A DNA stretch of 64,000 nucleotides, taken from assembly GCA_046290465.1 (NCBI GenBank), contig JBKAGP010000001.1, forward strand, positions 6,496,001 through 6,560,000, given 5' to 3'. Each line of letters starts with the position of its first letter. The stretch's first letter is position 1. This DNA is from Planctomycetota bacterium (GTDB lineage Bacteria > Planctomycetota > UBA1135 > UBA2386). Shown here one piece after another: positions 9,977 to 19,140 of this stretch. The notes beneath the pieces are model-generated. The model had not been told where the DNA came from, searched no databases, and saw only the letters and a list, made by a program, of their open reading frames with translations. Made by a program: the position numbers and the translations under genes.

Positions 9977-12481
9977 CTACCAGTCTCCGAAGGTGTCGTC
10001 GTCGGCCGGCGGCGGGGGCGGCGGCGCGCTCGGGCTGCCGTCGCTGCCCGGCGGCGGCGGCGGCCGGTAGTCGTCGCCCTTGTCGTTGACGCGCGGGCCT
10101 CGGCGCTTGGGCCGGCCCTTGCCCTCGACGATGCTGCCGAAGGTCGGCACGCGCTTGGGATCGAGTTCGACGTCGAATGCCGACAGGTCCTGCGCGATCG
10201 GTTCGATCACTTCGACCTTGCCGCGGCGATCGCGGTAGCGCGGCACGACGCCGACGTCGCTGCGCACGCCGCCACGCGACTTCTTGCCGCGCTTGTTGCG
10301 GTCGCCCTTGCGGCCGTCCTTGCGTCCGTCGCCCTTGCGCCCGTCACCCCTGCGCCCATCGCCCTTGCGACCGTCGCGGCCCTGGCCATCTCGCTTCTTG
10401 TCGTCGCCCTTGCGGTCGTCGCGGCGCGAGCCGGCCTTCTGGTCGGCCTTCTTGGCCTTGACCTTGGAGCGACGGCGCTTGGGGCCGTGCTCGTCTGTCT
10501 CGTCGGCCTCGGCCCCGTCGGCCCCGTCGGCACCGTCGGCACCGTCGGTCGATCGGGCTTCGGCGGCGTCGCCGTCCTCGTGCTCGTCCTTGCTCCGGCC
10601 ACGACCGCGACCACGGCGGCCGCGGCGGCGCCGACGCTTGCGCGGCTCGCCGTCCTCGTCCTCGTCGTCATCCTTCTCGTCGTCGTCGAACGTGACGTCC
10701 TCCATCGTGACGTCAATGAAGGTGACCTCTTCGGAGGCTTCGTGTTCGTCCTCTTCGTCGGCGCGCTCGTCGCGCGGGAACGTCTCGTCGTCGCTGTCGT
10801 CGCTGTCGTCGTCGTCGCGGCCGCTGCGGGCGACCATCGGGTCGCCGTGCGGCGCCGGTTCGTCGCTGGCCGGGAACGTGACGTCACTGAGGTCCTCGTC
10901 CGTCGCCGCAGCAACCTTCTTGCTGCTGCGCTTGCGGCGGCGCGGCTTCTTCTTCTCTGCGACCTCGGCCTCGCCGGTAGCCGCTTCGGCGTCGTCGCGC
11001 TCGGCCGGTTCGGACTCGGCGCGGTCGTTCACGGCCGAATCGCCCGCGGCGGAATCTTCCTCGGCGGAATCGTCCTCGGCGGTGGCAGCTTCCTCGCGCT
11101 CGCCGTCGTTCCGTTCGCTGTCGTCGCGCTCGTCCTCGTCGGCCCTGCGGCGGCGGCGCCGGCGGCGACGCTTCTTGCGCGGCGCGTCGTCGTCCTCGTC
11201 GGCCGAACGTGCGCTGCCGGACAGCCGGCTCGCGCCCCGGTCCGTGCCGGCCAGCTCGTGCCACTGCTCGACCACGGCCAGGTCGACGTCGCCGTCCTGC
11301 GCGCGGGTGCGCAGTTCGAACAGCAGCAGGGCCTCCTCGAAGTAGGGGCTGCGCACGAACGCGTCGATGCGGAAGCGACGCTTGTTCTCGGCCTGTTCGA
11401 AGCGGTGCTGCACGCCGCAGATCCGCTTCAGGCAGCCGCTGTCGCGGCGCGGCAGGCGCAGGTCGACGGCGAGCGAACCGAGCAGGTCCTCGGCGACCGA
11501 CGACGCGCTGCGGGTCGGCTGGTTCTGGCGTTCGGCGGCGACCGCGTGGTACATCAGCACCGCGAGCAGCACGCCGTTGGGCGGCGGCTCGGCGCCGTTG
11601 GGCTGCGCCTGCACGAACTGGTCGAGCGCCTCGAGCAGCGCCCAGAACGACGCGCGATGCTCGTCGTCGGCGTTCTCGAGGAAGCGGCCGACGACCGGCA
11701 CGAGGTACTGGATCGCGTCGACGTCGCGCAGCAGCTGAAAACTGTCGAGCGCGTGGCCGCTGCGCAGCAGGCGCAGGATCTCCTCGAGCACCCGCGGCGG
11801 TGCGGCGCGCACGAGGTCCTCGGAGGTCTCGGCCATCGCGGCGAGCGTCTGCTCCTCGACCTCGAAGCCGAGGCGGCCCGCGAACTTCGCCGCGCGCAGG
11901 ATGCGCACCGGGTCCTCGCGGAAGCGCACGACCGGATCGCCGATCGTGCGGATCACGCGGGCCTCGATGTCGGCGAGGCCGTTGACGTGGTCGACGATCT
12001 TGTCCTCGGTGGGATCGAGGAACAGTGCGTTGATCGTGAAGTCGCGCCGCAGCGCGTCCTCCTCGGCGGTGCCGAACTCGTTGTCGCGCGTGATCAGCAG
12101 GTCGTCGCCGTCACTACTGTTGGCCTCGCCTTCCTGCGGGTTGCGACGGAACGTCGAGCACTCGAGGATCTTGGTGTTGCCGTGGAAGTGCAGGTGGGCC
12201 AGCTTGAAGCGGCGGCCGATGATGCGGCAGTTGCGGGGGAACGTTCGCTTGACCTGCGGCGGGCGTGCCTCGGTCGCGATGTCGTAGTCCTTCGGCGCGC
12301 GGTCCAGCAAAAGGTCGCGCACGCAACCGCCGACGAGATATGCCTCGTACCCCTTGTCGATGAGGCGCGTCACCGCGCGGACGGCGTCGACGTCCAGAAC
12401 GGACAGGTCGTGGCCGGTAGGGGATAGGATCGTGGGTTCGATCTTCGTCAGTCCTGGTTGGATAACCGTTATGGAAGACAA
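9977..12481 (-). CDS. pcnB: Poly(A) polymerase I with long disordered C-terminal tail
   Basis: VGGCVRDLL, KDYDIAT, PAP signature IIGRRFKLAHL, RRDFTINAL, EDPVRILRA. Exact start uncertain. Confidence 0.92.
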   Translation of the reverse strand: MSSITVIQPGLTKIEPTILSPTGHDLSVLDVDAVRAVTRLIDKGYEAYLVGGCVRDLLLDRAPKDYDIATEARPPQVKRTFPRNCRIIGRRFKLAHLHFHGNTKILECSTFRRNPQEGEANSSDGDDLLITRDNEFGTAEEDALRRDFTINALFLDPTEDKIVDHVNGLADIEARVIRTIGDPVVRFREDPVRILRAAKFAGRLGFEVEEQTLAAMAETSEDLVRAAPPRVLEEILRLLRSGHALDSFQLLRDVDAIQYLVPVVGRFLENADDEHRASFWALLEALDQFVQAQPNGAEPPPNGVLLAVLMYHAVAAERQNQPTRSASSVAEDLLGSLAVDLRLPRRDSGCLKRICGVQHRFEQAENKRRFRIDAFVRSPYFEEALLLFELRTRAQDGDVDLAVVEQWHELAGTDRGASRLSGSARSADEDDDAPRKKRRRRRRRRRADEDERDDSERNDGEREEAATAEDDSAEEDSAAGDSAVNDRAESEPAERDDAEAATGEAEVAEKKKPRRRKRSSKKVAAATDEDLSDVTFPASDEPAPHGDPMVARSGRDDDDSDDSDDETFPRDERADEEDEHEASEEVTFIDVTMEDVTFDDDEKDDDEDEDGEPRKRRRRRGRRGRGRGRSKDEHEDGDAAEARSTDGADGADGADGAEADETDEHGPKRRRSKVKAKKADQKAGSRRDDRKGDDKKRDGQGRDGRKGDGRRGDGRKGDGRKDGRKGDRNKRGKKSRGGVRSDVGVVPRYRDRRGKVEVIEPIAQDLSAFDVELDPKRVPTFGSIVEGKGRPKRRGPRVNDKGDDYRPPPPPGSDGSPSAPPPPPPADDDTFGDW

Positions 12482-12556
12482 TGGTTTACCAACGCCCCGC
12501 GGGCCCGGGCAAGGCGTTTCTGCGCGCCGTCTCGCGGCGGCGGCCGCTGCCGTGGC

Positions 12557-13237
12557 TCAGGCCTGCAGGCCGCCGTCGACCGTCAGCACCTGGCCGGTGA
12601 CGTAGCTGGCTTCTGCCGAAAGGAGATAGCGCACCATCGCGGTGACGTCGTCGGGGTGGCCGACGCGGCCGGCCGGGACCCGCGGCAGCATGCGCGCCTG
12701 CGACTCGCGGTGGCTGTGGTCGTGGTCGATCAGGCCCGGGGAGATCACGTTTACGGTGACGCCGGATGCCGCGACCTCGAGGGCGAGCGAACGGGCCAGC
12801 TGGATCACGGCGGCCTTGGCGGCGAAGTAGACCGGTGCGCGCAGCATCGCCTTCTGCCGGTCGGCGCCGGCTGCGGCGAACAGGATCACCCGGCCGCGCT
12901 TCGCCTCGACCATCGCCGGCACGACGGTCTGGATGGTCTGGAAGACCGTGTCGACGTTGCTCTGGAACAGGTAGCGGTAGCTGTGCTCGCTGGTCTCGAG
13001 CAGCGGCTGTTCGCTGAAGTCGCCGATCGTGTGCACCAGCGCGTACGGCGCGCCATGCTCGAGGCGGAACCGTTCGAACGCGTCGCGCACCGACGCCTCG
13101 TCGGACGCGTCGACGCCGCTCTTGCGGGTCCAGATGGTGCAGCGGTCGGCGAACTCGGCGGCGACGGCGCGGCCGATGCCCTGGCCGCCGCCGACGACCA
13201 GGACGCGGCCGTCGGGGATGGTGGGGGCGTCGCTCAC
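12557..13237 (-). CDS. Short-chain dehydrogenase/reductase
   Basis: GGGQGIG, YFAAK, VTVNVISPG, YVTGQVLTVDGG. GTG start overlaps the permease stop. Confidence 0.9.
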   Translation of the reverse strand: MSDAPTIPDGRVLVVGGGQGIGRAVAAEFADRCTIWTRKSGVDASDEASVRDAFERFRLEHGAPYALVHTIGDFSEQPLLETSEHSYRYLFQSNVDTVFQTIQTVVPAMVEAKRGRVILFAAAGADRQKAMLRAPVYFAAKAAVIQLARSLALEVAASGVTVNVISPGLIDHDHSHRESQARMLPRVPAGRVGHPDDVTAMVRYLLSAEASYVTGQVLTVDGGLQA

Positions 13238-14718
13238 GACTTCCACAGCCAGCCGACGATCTCCTTGAGCTTCGGCGGGTTGCCGGTCATCAGCACGCCC
13301 ACGCGGAAGACCTTGCCGGCGGCTTTGAACGTCAGCCAGATCGTCACGACCAGCAGCACCGACGTCACGATGTACTCCCACGTCTCCGGCGGACCGGCGG
13401 CGCGGTTCATCATCGTGAACGGTGTGTAGATCGGGATGAAGCTGAGCACCCTGGCGACGGTGCCGTTGGGCTCCTGCGTGATGAACACCATCGCGATCAG
13501 CGGCACCATCAGCAGCATGATCACCGGCTGCTGCAGGTTCTGCGCTTCCTTCAGCGTATTGCAGACCGAGCCGATCGCGACCAGCACGGCCGCGTAGAGC
13601 AGGTAGCCGCCCAGAAAGTAGAGCACGAACGAAGTCAGGTAGCCGGTGTTGCTGATCGCTGCGATGAGGAAGCTCAGCGAGCCGCCGCCTTCCCCGAGTA
13701 CCTGCGGCGCGATCCACGATGCCAGCAGCGCGAACATCACCCACGTGCCGATGATCGTCATGCCAGTGAAGGCGATGCCGTAGATCTTGCCGTGCATCAG
13801 CTGCGCCGGGCTGACCGACGACAGCAGCACCTCGATGATGCGGTTGCTCTTCTCTTCGACGGTGTTGGTCAGCAGCAGGTTGGCGATCGAGAAGATCGCG
13901 ATCCAGAGGCCGTAGACGAAGCCGATCGGCGCCCACTGGTTGGCGGTGTCCTCGTCCTCGACGTCCTTGGATTCGCCGGTCTCGTCGACCTTCTCCTTCT
14001 CGAACTCGACCTGCTCCTGGATGCGCTTGGCGGTCGCCGCGTCGATGTTGGCGTCCTTGATACGGTCCTTCTGGATCAGCGTGGTCAGCGTGCTCTCGTA
14101 GCTGGAGCGCAGCTTGCTGTCGGTCAGGTTGTTGGAGACGTAGCGGAAGCCGTCGAGGCTCTTCAGCGGGTCTGGGCCGAGCACGAAGTAGGCGAACAGC
14201 TTGCCGTCGGCGACCATCTTGCCGAGCGCCTTGCGCTGCTCTTGCTGGCTCTTGTCCTCGAGGTCGAGGTCGTCGAGCGAGACGTATTTGTATCTGGCGC
14301 TGCGGCCAATGCCTTCGTAGCGCGCCAGCTTCTCGGGCGGCTGCGACTGCATCCATTCGTACATGGCGTACATCTGCTCGCCGGTCGGCGGCTTGTCCGG
14401 CTCCATGTCTGAGAGCAGCTTGCGAAGCTCGGGGTCGGTGTCCTCCGAGTTGGCCGCAGCCATCAGGTCCATGCTCAGCGCGAACATGGCCTGCACGTCC
14501 CCGTTGCGGAACGCACGTTCGGCGCGCTTGCCGAGGTCCTGGTCGCCCAGGTCGACAACAGCGTACTGCTGCACCTCCTTGAACTTCTGCAGGAGGATGC
14601 CGATGCCCATCGACGCGGCGATCAGGACCGGCACGATGAAGATGCCGATCCAGAACGTCTTGGTGCGGATGTTCTCGACGTATTCGCGCTTGGCGACGAG
14701 CAGGGTCTTGTTGGCCAT
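13234..14718 (-). CDS. ABC-2 type exporter permease (NatB-like)
   Basis: N-terminal TM, large loop, VEEKSNRIIEVLLSSV motif, multiple C-terminal TMs. Confidence 0.9.
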   Translation of the reverse strand: MANKTLLVAKREYVENIRTKTFWIGIFIVPVLIAASMGIGILLQKFKEVQQYAVVDLGDQDLGKRAERAFRNGDVQAMFALSMDLMAAANSEDTDPELRKLLSDMEPDKPPTGEQMYAMYEWMQSQPPEKLARYEGIGRSARYKYVSLDDLDLEDKSQQEQRKALGKMVADGKLFAYFVLGPDPLKSLDGFRYVSNNLTDSKLRSSYESTLTTLIQKDRIKDANIDAATAKRIQEQVEFEKEKVDETGESKDVEDEDTANQWAPIGFVYGLWIAIFSIANLLLTNTVEEKSNRIIEVLLSSVSPAQLMHGKIYGIAFTGMTIIGTWVMFALLASWIAPQVLGEGGGSLSFLIAAISNTGYLTSFVLYFLGGYLLYAAVLVAIGSVCNTLKEAQNLQQPVIMLLMVPLIAMVFITQEPNGTVARVLSFIPIYTPFTMMNRAAGPPETWEYIVTSVLLVVTIWLTFKAAGKVFRVGVLMTGNPPKLKEIVGWLWKS

Positions 14719-15650
14719 CAGTTCGCCTCCCCGGCTGCGGCTGCGAGCGCGGCGTCGCGCTCCTCGACGGTGCGCACAAACACCTCGTGCAGCGACGGTT
14801 CGCGGATGTCGAAGCTGCGGATCGTCAGGTGCTCGACCAGCCAGCGCAGCGCCTCCTGCGGATCCTGGCCCTCCTGGAGGTAGAGCTCGGCCGCCTTGTT
14901 GTCGTCGTTGACGCGGTCGAGCCCGGGCAGTTGCTTCAGCACCGAGCCGTCACCGTCGTACTCGATCCGGATGCCCTGGTCGCGGCCCTCCTTGATCTGT
15001 GCGACTGTGCCCTCGAACGCGAGCTGGCCCTTGTGGATCATCATCATCTCGTCGCAGAGCTTCTCGGCCTGCTCCATGACGTGCGTCGAGAAGATGACCG
15101 TGCGGCCGTCGCGCTTCATGTCGAGGATCGTGTCCCGCATCACGTCCCGGTTGACCGGGTCCAACCCACTGAACGGCTCGTCGAGGATCACCAGGTCCGG
15201 GTCGTGGATGATGGTGCCGAGGATCTGGACCTTCTGGCCCATGCCCTTGGACATCGCCTCGCACTTTTTGTCGAGCCAGTCGCCGAGCCCGTATTGCGTC
15301 AGCAGCTCCTTGGCCTTGAGGTTGGCCGTGGAGGGGTCCATGCCCTTGAGCTTGCCGAAGTAGGCGACGATCTCCGCCGTCTTCATCTTCTTGTAGAGGC
15401 CCTTCTCCTCCGGCAGGTAGCCGAGGCGGTCCTTCACTTCGGCGGCGTCGGAATGGCCGAGCACCCGGATGGTGCCCTGGTCCTGGTGGAAGATGCTCAT
15501 CACCATGCGGATGGTGGTCGTCTTGCCGGCGCCGTTCTGCCCGAGGAACCCGTAGATGCAGCCCTTGGGAACCGTGAGGGACAGGTTGTCGACAGCCGTG
15601 AATTGACCGAACCGCTTGGTGACGCCTTCGAGTTTGAGCGCGTGATCCAT
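14718..15650 (-). CDS. ABC transporter ATP-binding protein
   Basis: GQNGAGKTT, MSKGMGQK, ILDEPFSGLD, STH. Confidence 0.95.
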   Translation of the reverse strand: MDHALKLEGVTKRFGQFTAVDNLSLTVPKGCIYGFLGQNGAGKTTTIRMVMSIFHQDQGTIRVLGHSDAAEVKDRLGYLPEEKGLYKKMKTAEIVAYFGKLKGMDPSTANLKAKELLTQYGLGDWLDKKCEAMSKGMGQKVQILGTIIHDPDLVILDEPFSGLDPVNRDVMRDTILDMKRDGRTVIFSTHVMEQAEKLCDEMMMIHKGQLAFEGTVAQIKEGRDQGIRIEYDGDGSVLKQLPGLDRVNDDNKAAELYLQEGQDPQEALRWLVEHLTIRSFDIREPSLHEVFVRTVEERDAALAAAAGEAN

Positions 15651-15733
15651 GTGGCGAGGCGGCAGGTGGCCGCAGGGCGCAGAAGATTGTCACCGTGCCC
15701 TCGTCAGGGCAAGCCCGGCCACCGGACGAACGC

Positions 15734-16216
15734 CTACTCGCCGTCGTCGCCGAGGAACGCGCCGTTGGTGAACACGAAGTCGTCCTCCTCGACGCGGTCG
15801 TGGCACTTCGAGCAGAACCGGTCCGGTCCGGCGCCACCGGTGCCGACCGCCCAGTGCCAGGTGTCGGCGCCGGTGCCTTCCTGCACCTTGATCATCACCG
15901 TCAGTTCGGGGGCCTGGTCCCGCCGCCAGTCGCGTTCGTCGGCGAACTGCTCCTTCACGACGACCGTGCCGACCGGGTAGGCATACGGGCCGTCCGACAG
16001 CAGCATCTGCTTGCCGACGTCGTTGACCCAGACGTTGCGGTAGCCGTCGGCGGCCTCGTGCACGCCGTCGAGGTCGCCGTTCGGGTCGCCGTGCAGGCCC
16101 TTCACGACCGAGGTCCACGAGCGGTAGTCCTGCCAGCGTGGGTCGGGCTGGCCCTGGAACAGGGTGCAGGAAGTGACGGCGGCGGCGAGAAGGACGGCGA
16201 GGGAGGACGTGCGCAT
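15734..16216 (-). CDS. Cytochrome P460-family lipoprotein
   Basis: Lipobox VTSC, DYRSW, YPVGTVVVKE, C-terminal CSKCH followed by DFVF. Confidence 0.8.
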   Translation of the reverse strand: MRTSSLAVLLAAAVTSCTLFQGQPDPRWQDYRSWTSVVKGLHGDPNGDLDGVHEAADGYRNVWVNDVGKQMLLSDGPYAYPVGTVVVKEQFADERDWRRDQAPELTVMIKVQEGTGADTWHWAVGTGGAGPDRFCSKCHDRVEEDDFVFTNGAFLGDDGE

Positions 16217-16351
16217 GGGATGGCTCGGCGCCGTTCTACGCGCCGGCCGGGTCAGGTTCCCGCGGACGAACTTGTCGGGCGGCCGGCCGGTCTTTCGTTG
16301 ATGTGGTCGCGTTCGTCTGCAACCCTCGACGATCGGAGACAGGAGCATCGG

Positions 16352-16843
16352 ATGAGACAGACTGCGTTGGCCTTGGCGTTGTTCGTGTTGGCGGCCTGTG
16401 GCGCGAAGCCGCCGCACCAGTTGCCGACGATGAAGCAGGCGTGTGCGTTCCCCGGCACCGAGGCCGGGCTGCGCGCGTTCATGCGGCAGTTCGTGACGGT
16501 GCCCGATCGCGGTGGCCTGACCAACGGCATGCGCGCCGTCGCCGCGGACTATGACGCGGTGTTCGAGCCGGCGGCCGCGGCCCGGCTCGAGACCGCGCTC
16601 GAGCAGCGTTGGCACGATGGGCTCGCGTTCGCGCCGGACATCCCGGAGGAGCGCGCCGTGATCACCATCGAGAAGCTCGCGCGCGACGATGCCCGCCTGG
16701 TGGGGGTGGTCCGCGACGGTGTCGATCTCTACTGCGTGACGTTCGAGGACCGCGGTTCGCCGTCCGAGGCGATGAAGCTGCAGGTGGTCGCACGGGTCGG
16801 CTCGTGCTGGCGCCTGTTCCTCAACCCGTGGGATCACTTGTAG
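16352..16843 (+). CDS. Hypothetical lipoprotein
   Basis: AGGAG RBS, lipobox LAAC. Confidence 0.65.
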   Translation: MRQTALALALFVLAACGAKPPHQLPTMKQACAFPGTEAGLRAFMRQFVTVPDRGGLTNGMRAVAADYDAVFEPAAAARLETALEQRWHDGLAFAPDIPEERAVITIEKLARDDARLVGVVRDGVDLYCVTFEDRGSPSEAMKLQVVARVGSCWRLFLNPWDHL

Positions 16844-16963
16844 TCCCTGCGTCCCAGTCCACCGGTCCTCGTGCACGGGTCTTGGTGCACTGGTCCGGGC
16901 GCGGCATTCCTGGTGCGGCCGTAGCCGTCCCCGACCGTCCCTCGTTCCAACTGGAGGCCCTGC

Positions 16964-17593
16964 ATGCCACCGTCAACCATCGTCTCTCCCGCCTACGACC
17001 GCGTCCGCAGCAAGCTGGACACCGGCGACATCGTGCTGTTCCAGGGCCGCGGCTTCGTCAGCCACATGATCCGGCTGGGCACCAGCAGCCGCTGGTCGCA
17101 CGTCGGCATGGTCGTCAAGCAGGACGAGTGGGGCACGCTGATGTTGTGGGAGTCGCAGGGCATCCAGAACCTGACCGACGTGCTGACCGGCACCGCGCGC
17201 AACGGCGTCAAGCTGGTGGTGCTGAGCGATCGCGTCAAGACGTTCGACGGCGAGGTGTCGGTGCGGCGGCTGACCGGCTTCGAGCGCGACGCGGCGATGA
17301 AGCGCAAGCTGCGCGCGTTCCGCAACGAGGTGCGCGGCCGCCCGTTCGAGAAGAGCGTGCTGACGCAGATCAAGGCGGCGCTCGACGACGGCATCGGCCT
17401 CGGTCACAACGAGGAGGACCTGTCGAGCCTGTTCTGCAGCGAACTGATCGCCGAGACCTACCAGCGGCTCGGCCTGCTCGGCGACGAGCTGCCGTCGGCC
17501 GAGTACGTGCCGGCCGACTTCTCGAGCGAGCGCGAGGCGCGGCTGCACCTGCTGGGGAACGCCAGGCTGGGCAAGGAGCAGAAGCTGAAGTGA
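16964..17593 (+). CDS. Permuted papain-like NlpC/P60 (YiiX/YebB-like) cysteine hydrolase
   Basis: GDIVLF, WSHVGMV (His before Cys), FCSELIAETY, PADF. Confidence 0.85.
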   Translation: MPPSTIVSPAYDRVRSKLDTGDIVLFQGRGFVSHMIRLGTSSRWSHVGMVVKQDEWGTLMLWESQGIQNLTDVLTGTARNGVKLVVLSDRVKTFDGEVSVRRLTGFERDAAMKRKLRAFRNEVRGRPFEKSVLTQIKAALDDGIGLGHNEEDLSSLFCSELIAETYQRLGLLGDELPSAEYVPADFSSEREARLHLLGNARLGKEQKLK

Positions 17594-17621
17594 CGGCGGC
17601 CTGACGTCAACGCGCAAACGC

Positions 17622-17699
17622 GCAACCACCGCATACGGAACCGGGTCATCCTGCGCCGCGAAGCGGCGCAGGATGAACCCGGTTCGGTGCGGTGGTTGC
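17622..17699. terminator. Long imperfect inverted repeat between convergent genes
   Basis: GCAACCACCGCA..GAACCGGG.TCATCCTGCGCCGC-gaa-GCGGCGCAGGATGA.CCCGGTTC..TGCGGTGGTTGC. Confidence 0.6.
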
Positions 17700-17732
17700 C
17701 GGGCGGGTGGTGCCCGGCGTGGTCTCGGGGGC

Positions 17733-19010
17733 CTAGTTCCAGGTGACGCGGCGCAGGTTGGTGCGGCCCAGATAGCTGAGGTCGTTGCCGAACGCGACGC
17801 CGACGATGTCCCAGGTCTGGCCGAAGAAGGTGGCCATGCCGAGCGCCGGGATCGCCAGCGGCTGCGGATCGGCGCTGCCCGACCACGCCAGCGGGTTGCC
17901 CGGCGTCGGCGTCAGGTTGAACAGCACGAACGTCAGCGCGTCCGGCTGCAGACCGAAGAACGGGCCGGTGTCGACCGGCAGCTGCGTCGAGGCGCTCATC
18001 AGCAGGAAGCCGAAGCCGGTCCCGTTCGGCGTGTTGTCGACCTCGAAGTAGGCGCCGAGCGGAGCGACCGCCTCGGCCCGCAGGCGGAACGGCTCGGTGG
18101 TTCCGCCGACCACCGCGCAGCCGCGCGAGTAGCCGTTGCCGTTGGGGTAGGTGATCGAGCCGTTGGCCGTCGCGGCGATGCCGCCGGGCGGGATGGTCGC
18201 GACGTTCGGCAGCACGTGGGTCGCGTAGTACTCACTGAGCAGGATGTCGCCGTTGTGGTCGAAGGCGGCGCTGCGGATCGTGCCCGGGCTCGATGGCGTG
18301 CCGAGCGTGCCGTAGTAGTACTGCGGCGCCGACGAGAACTGCAGGTCGACGCGGCCGGCGCTGCCGCCGGTCACGAACACCAGCTGCTGGCTCGGGCCGT
18401 CGACCAGCAGCTCGACCAGCGAGCCGAGCCCGCTCTGCACCAGCTGCGCGTTGCCGTTGCCGGACGCGAGCCGGAACACCCGGCCGTCGTTGGTGCCGAC
18501 GTAGAGGTCGCCGGTGGTCGGCGAGACCGCGAGGCACGTCGACTTGTTGCTCCACGGCTGCGTGCCGGTGGTGATCGCCGTGGCGATGCCGGTGTCGACG
18601 TCGACGCGGTGCAGCTGGTAGTAGCTGCTGAGCAGCACGATCTCCGAGCCGGAGGCGTCCCAGGTCATCGCGACCGGCGACGCGAACTGGCCGGCCGGCG
18701 CGACGACCGACGACACCGTGCTGGTCGCGGAGGTGAACTCGATGCGGATCAGCTGGCCGTTGGTGGCGCCGCCGACCGTCGAGCTGCAGACGAACGAATC
18801 GGGCTCGCTCGGATCCCAGAGGATGTTCGCGATCCCGATCGGCGCGGCGAACGACGTCGACGACGCGCCGCTGGCGCTCAGCACGCCGACGTAGCTGTTG
18901 CCGGCCGTGACGACCTGGCCGGCCTGGAAGAACTGCGGAGTCTGCGCGTCGGCGATCGACGACAGGGTGAGGGTTGCCAGCAGTGGCAGGACGAGTTGGT
19001 TGGTGTTCAT
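17733..19010 (-). CDS. Secreted beta-propeller-like protein with C-terminal beta domain
   Basis: Signal peptide (ADA-Q), blade-like repeats (LAVSPTTGDLYVG, AAFDHNGDILL). Confidence 0.75.
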   Translation of the reverse strand: MNTNQLVLPLLATLTLSSIADAQTPQFFQAGQVVTAGNSYVGVLSASGASSTSFAAPIGIANILWDPSEPDSFVCSSTVGGATNGQLIRIEFTSATSTVSSVVAPAGQFASPVAMTWDASGSEIVLLSSYYQLHRVDVDTGIATAITTGTQPWSNKSTCLAVSPTTGDLYVGTNDGRVFRLASGNGNAQLVQSGLGSLVELLVDGPSQQLVFVTGGSAGRVDLQFSSAPQYYYGTLGTPSSPGTIRSAAFDHNGDILLSEYYATHVLPNVATIPPGGIAATANGSITYPNGNGYSRGCAVVGGTTEPFRLRAEAVAPLGAYFEVDNTPNGTGFGFLLMSASTQLPVDTGPFFGLQPDALTFVLFNLTPTPGNPLAWSGSADPQPLAIPALGMATFFGQTWDIVGVAFGNDLSYLGRTNLRRVTWN

Positions 19011-19059
19011 GCTCTCTTTCGTGGTGGTGCGACCGGCGACGTGCCGGCGCTGCCGCGGA

Positions 19060-19087
19060 GAGCGGGACCCGCTGCGGATCGGTTACG
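19060..19087 (-). promoter_or_regulatory. Putative ECF promoter CGTAACCG-N13-CCCGCTC
   Basis: One of three identically spaced copies; about 50 nt upstream of ATG 19010. Confidence 0.65.
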
Positions 19088-19140
19088 AGCTGGGCGAAAA
19101 CGTCGGCGATCGAACCGGCGCACCCGGGCAGGTGCCGCGA

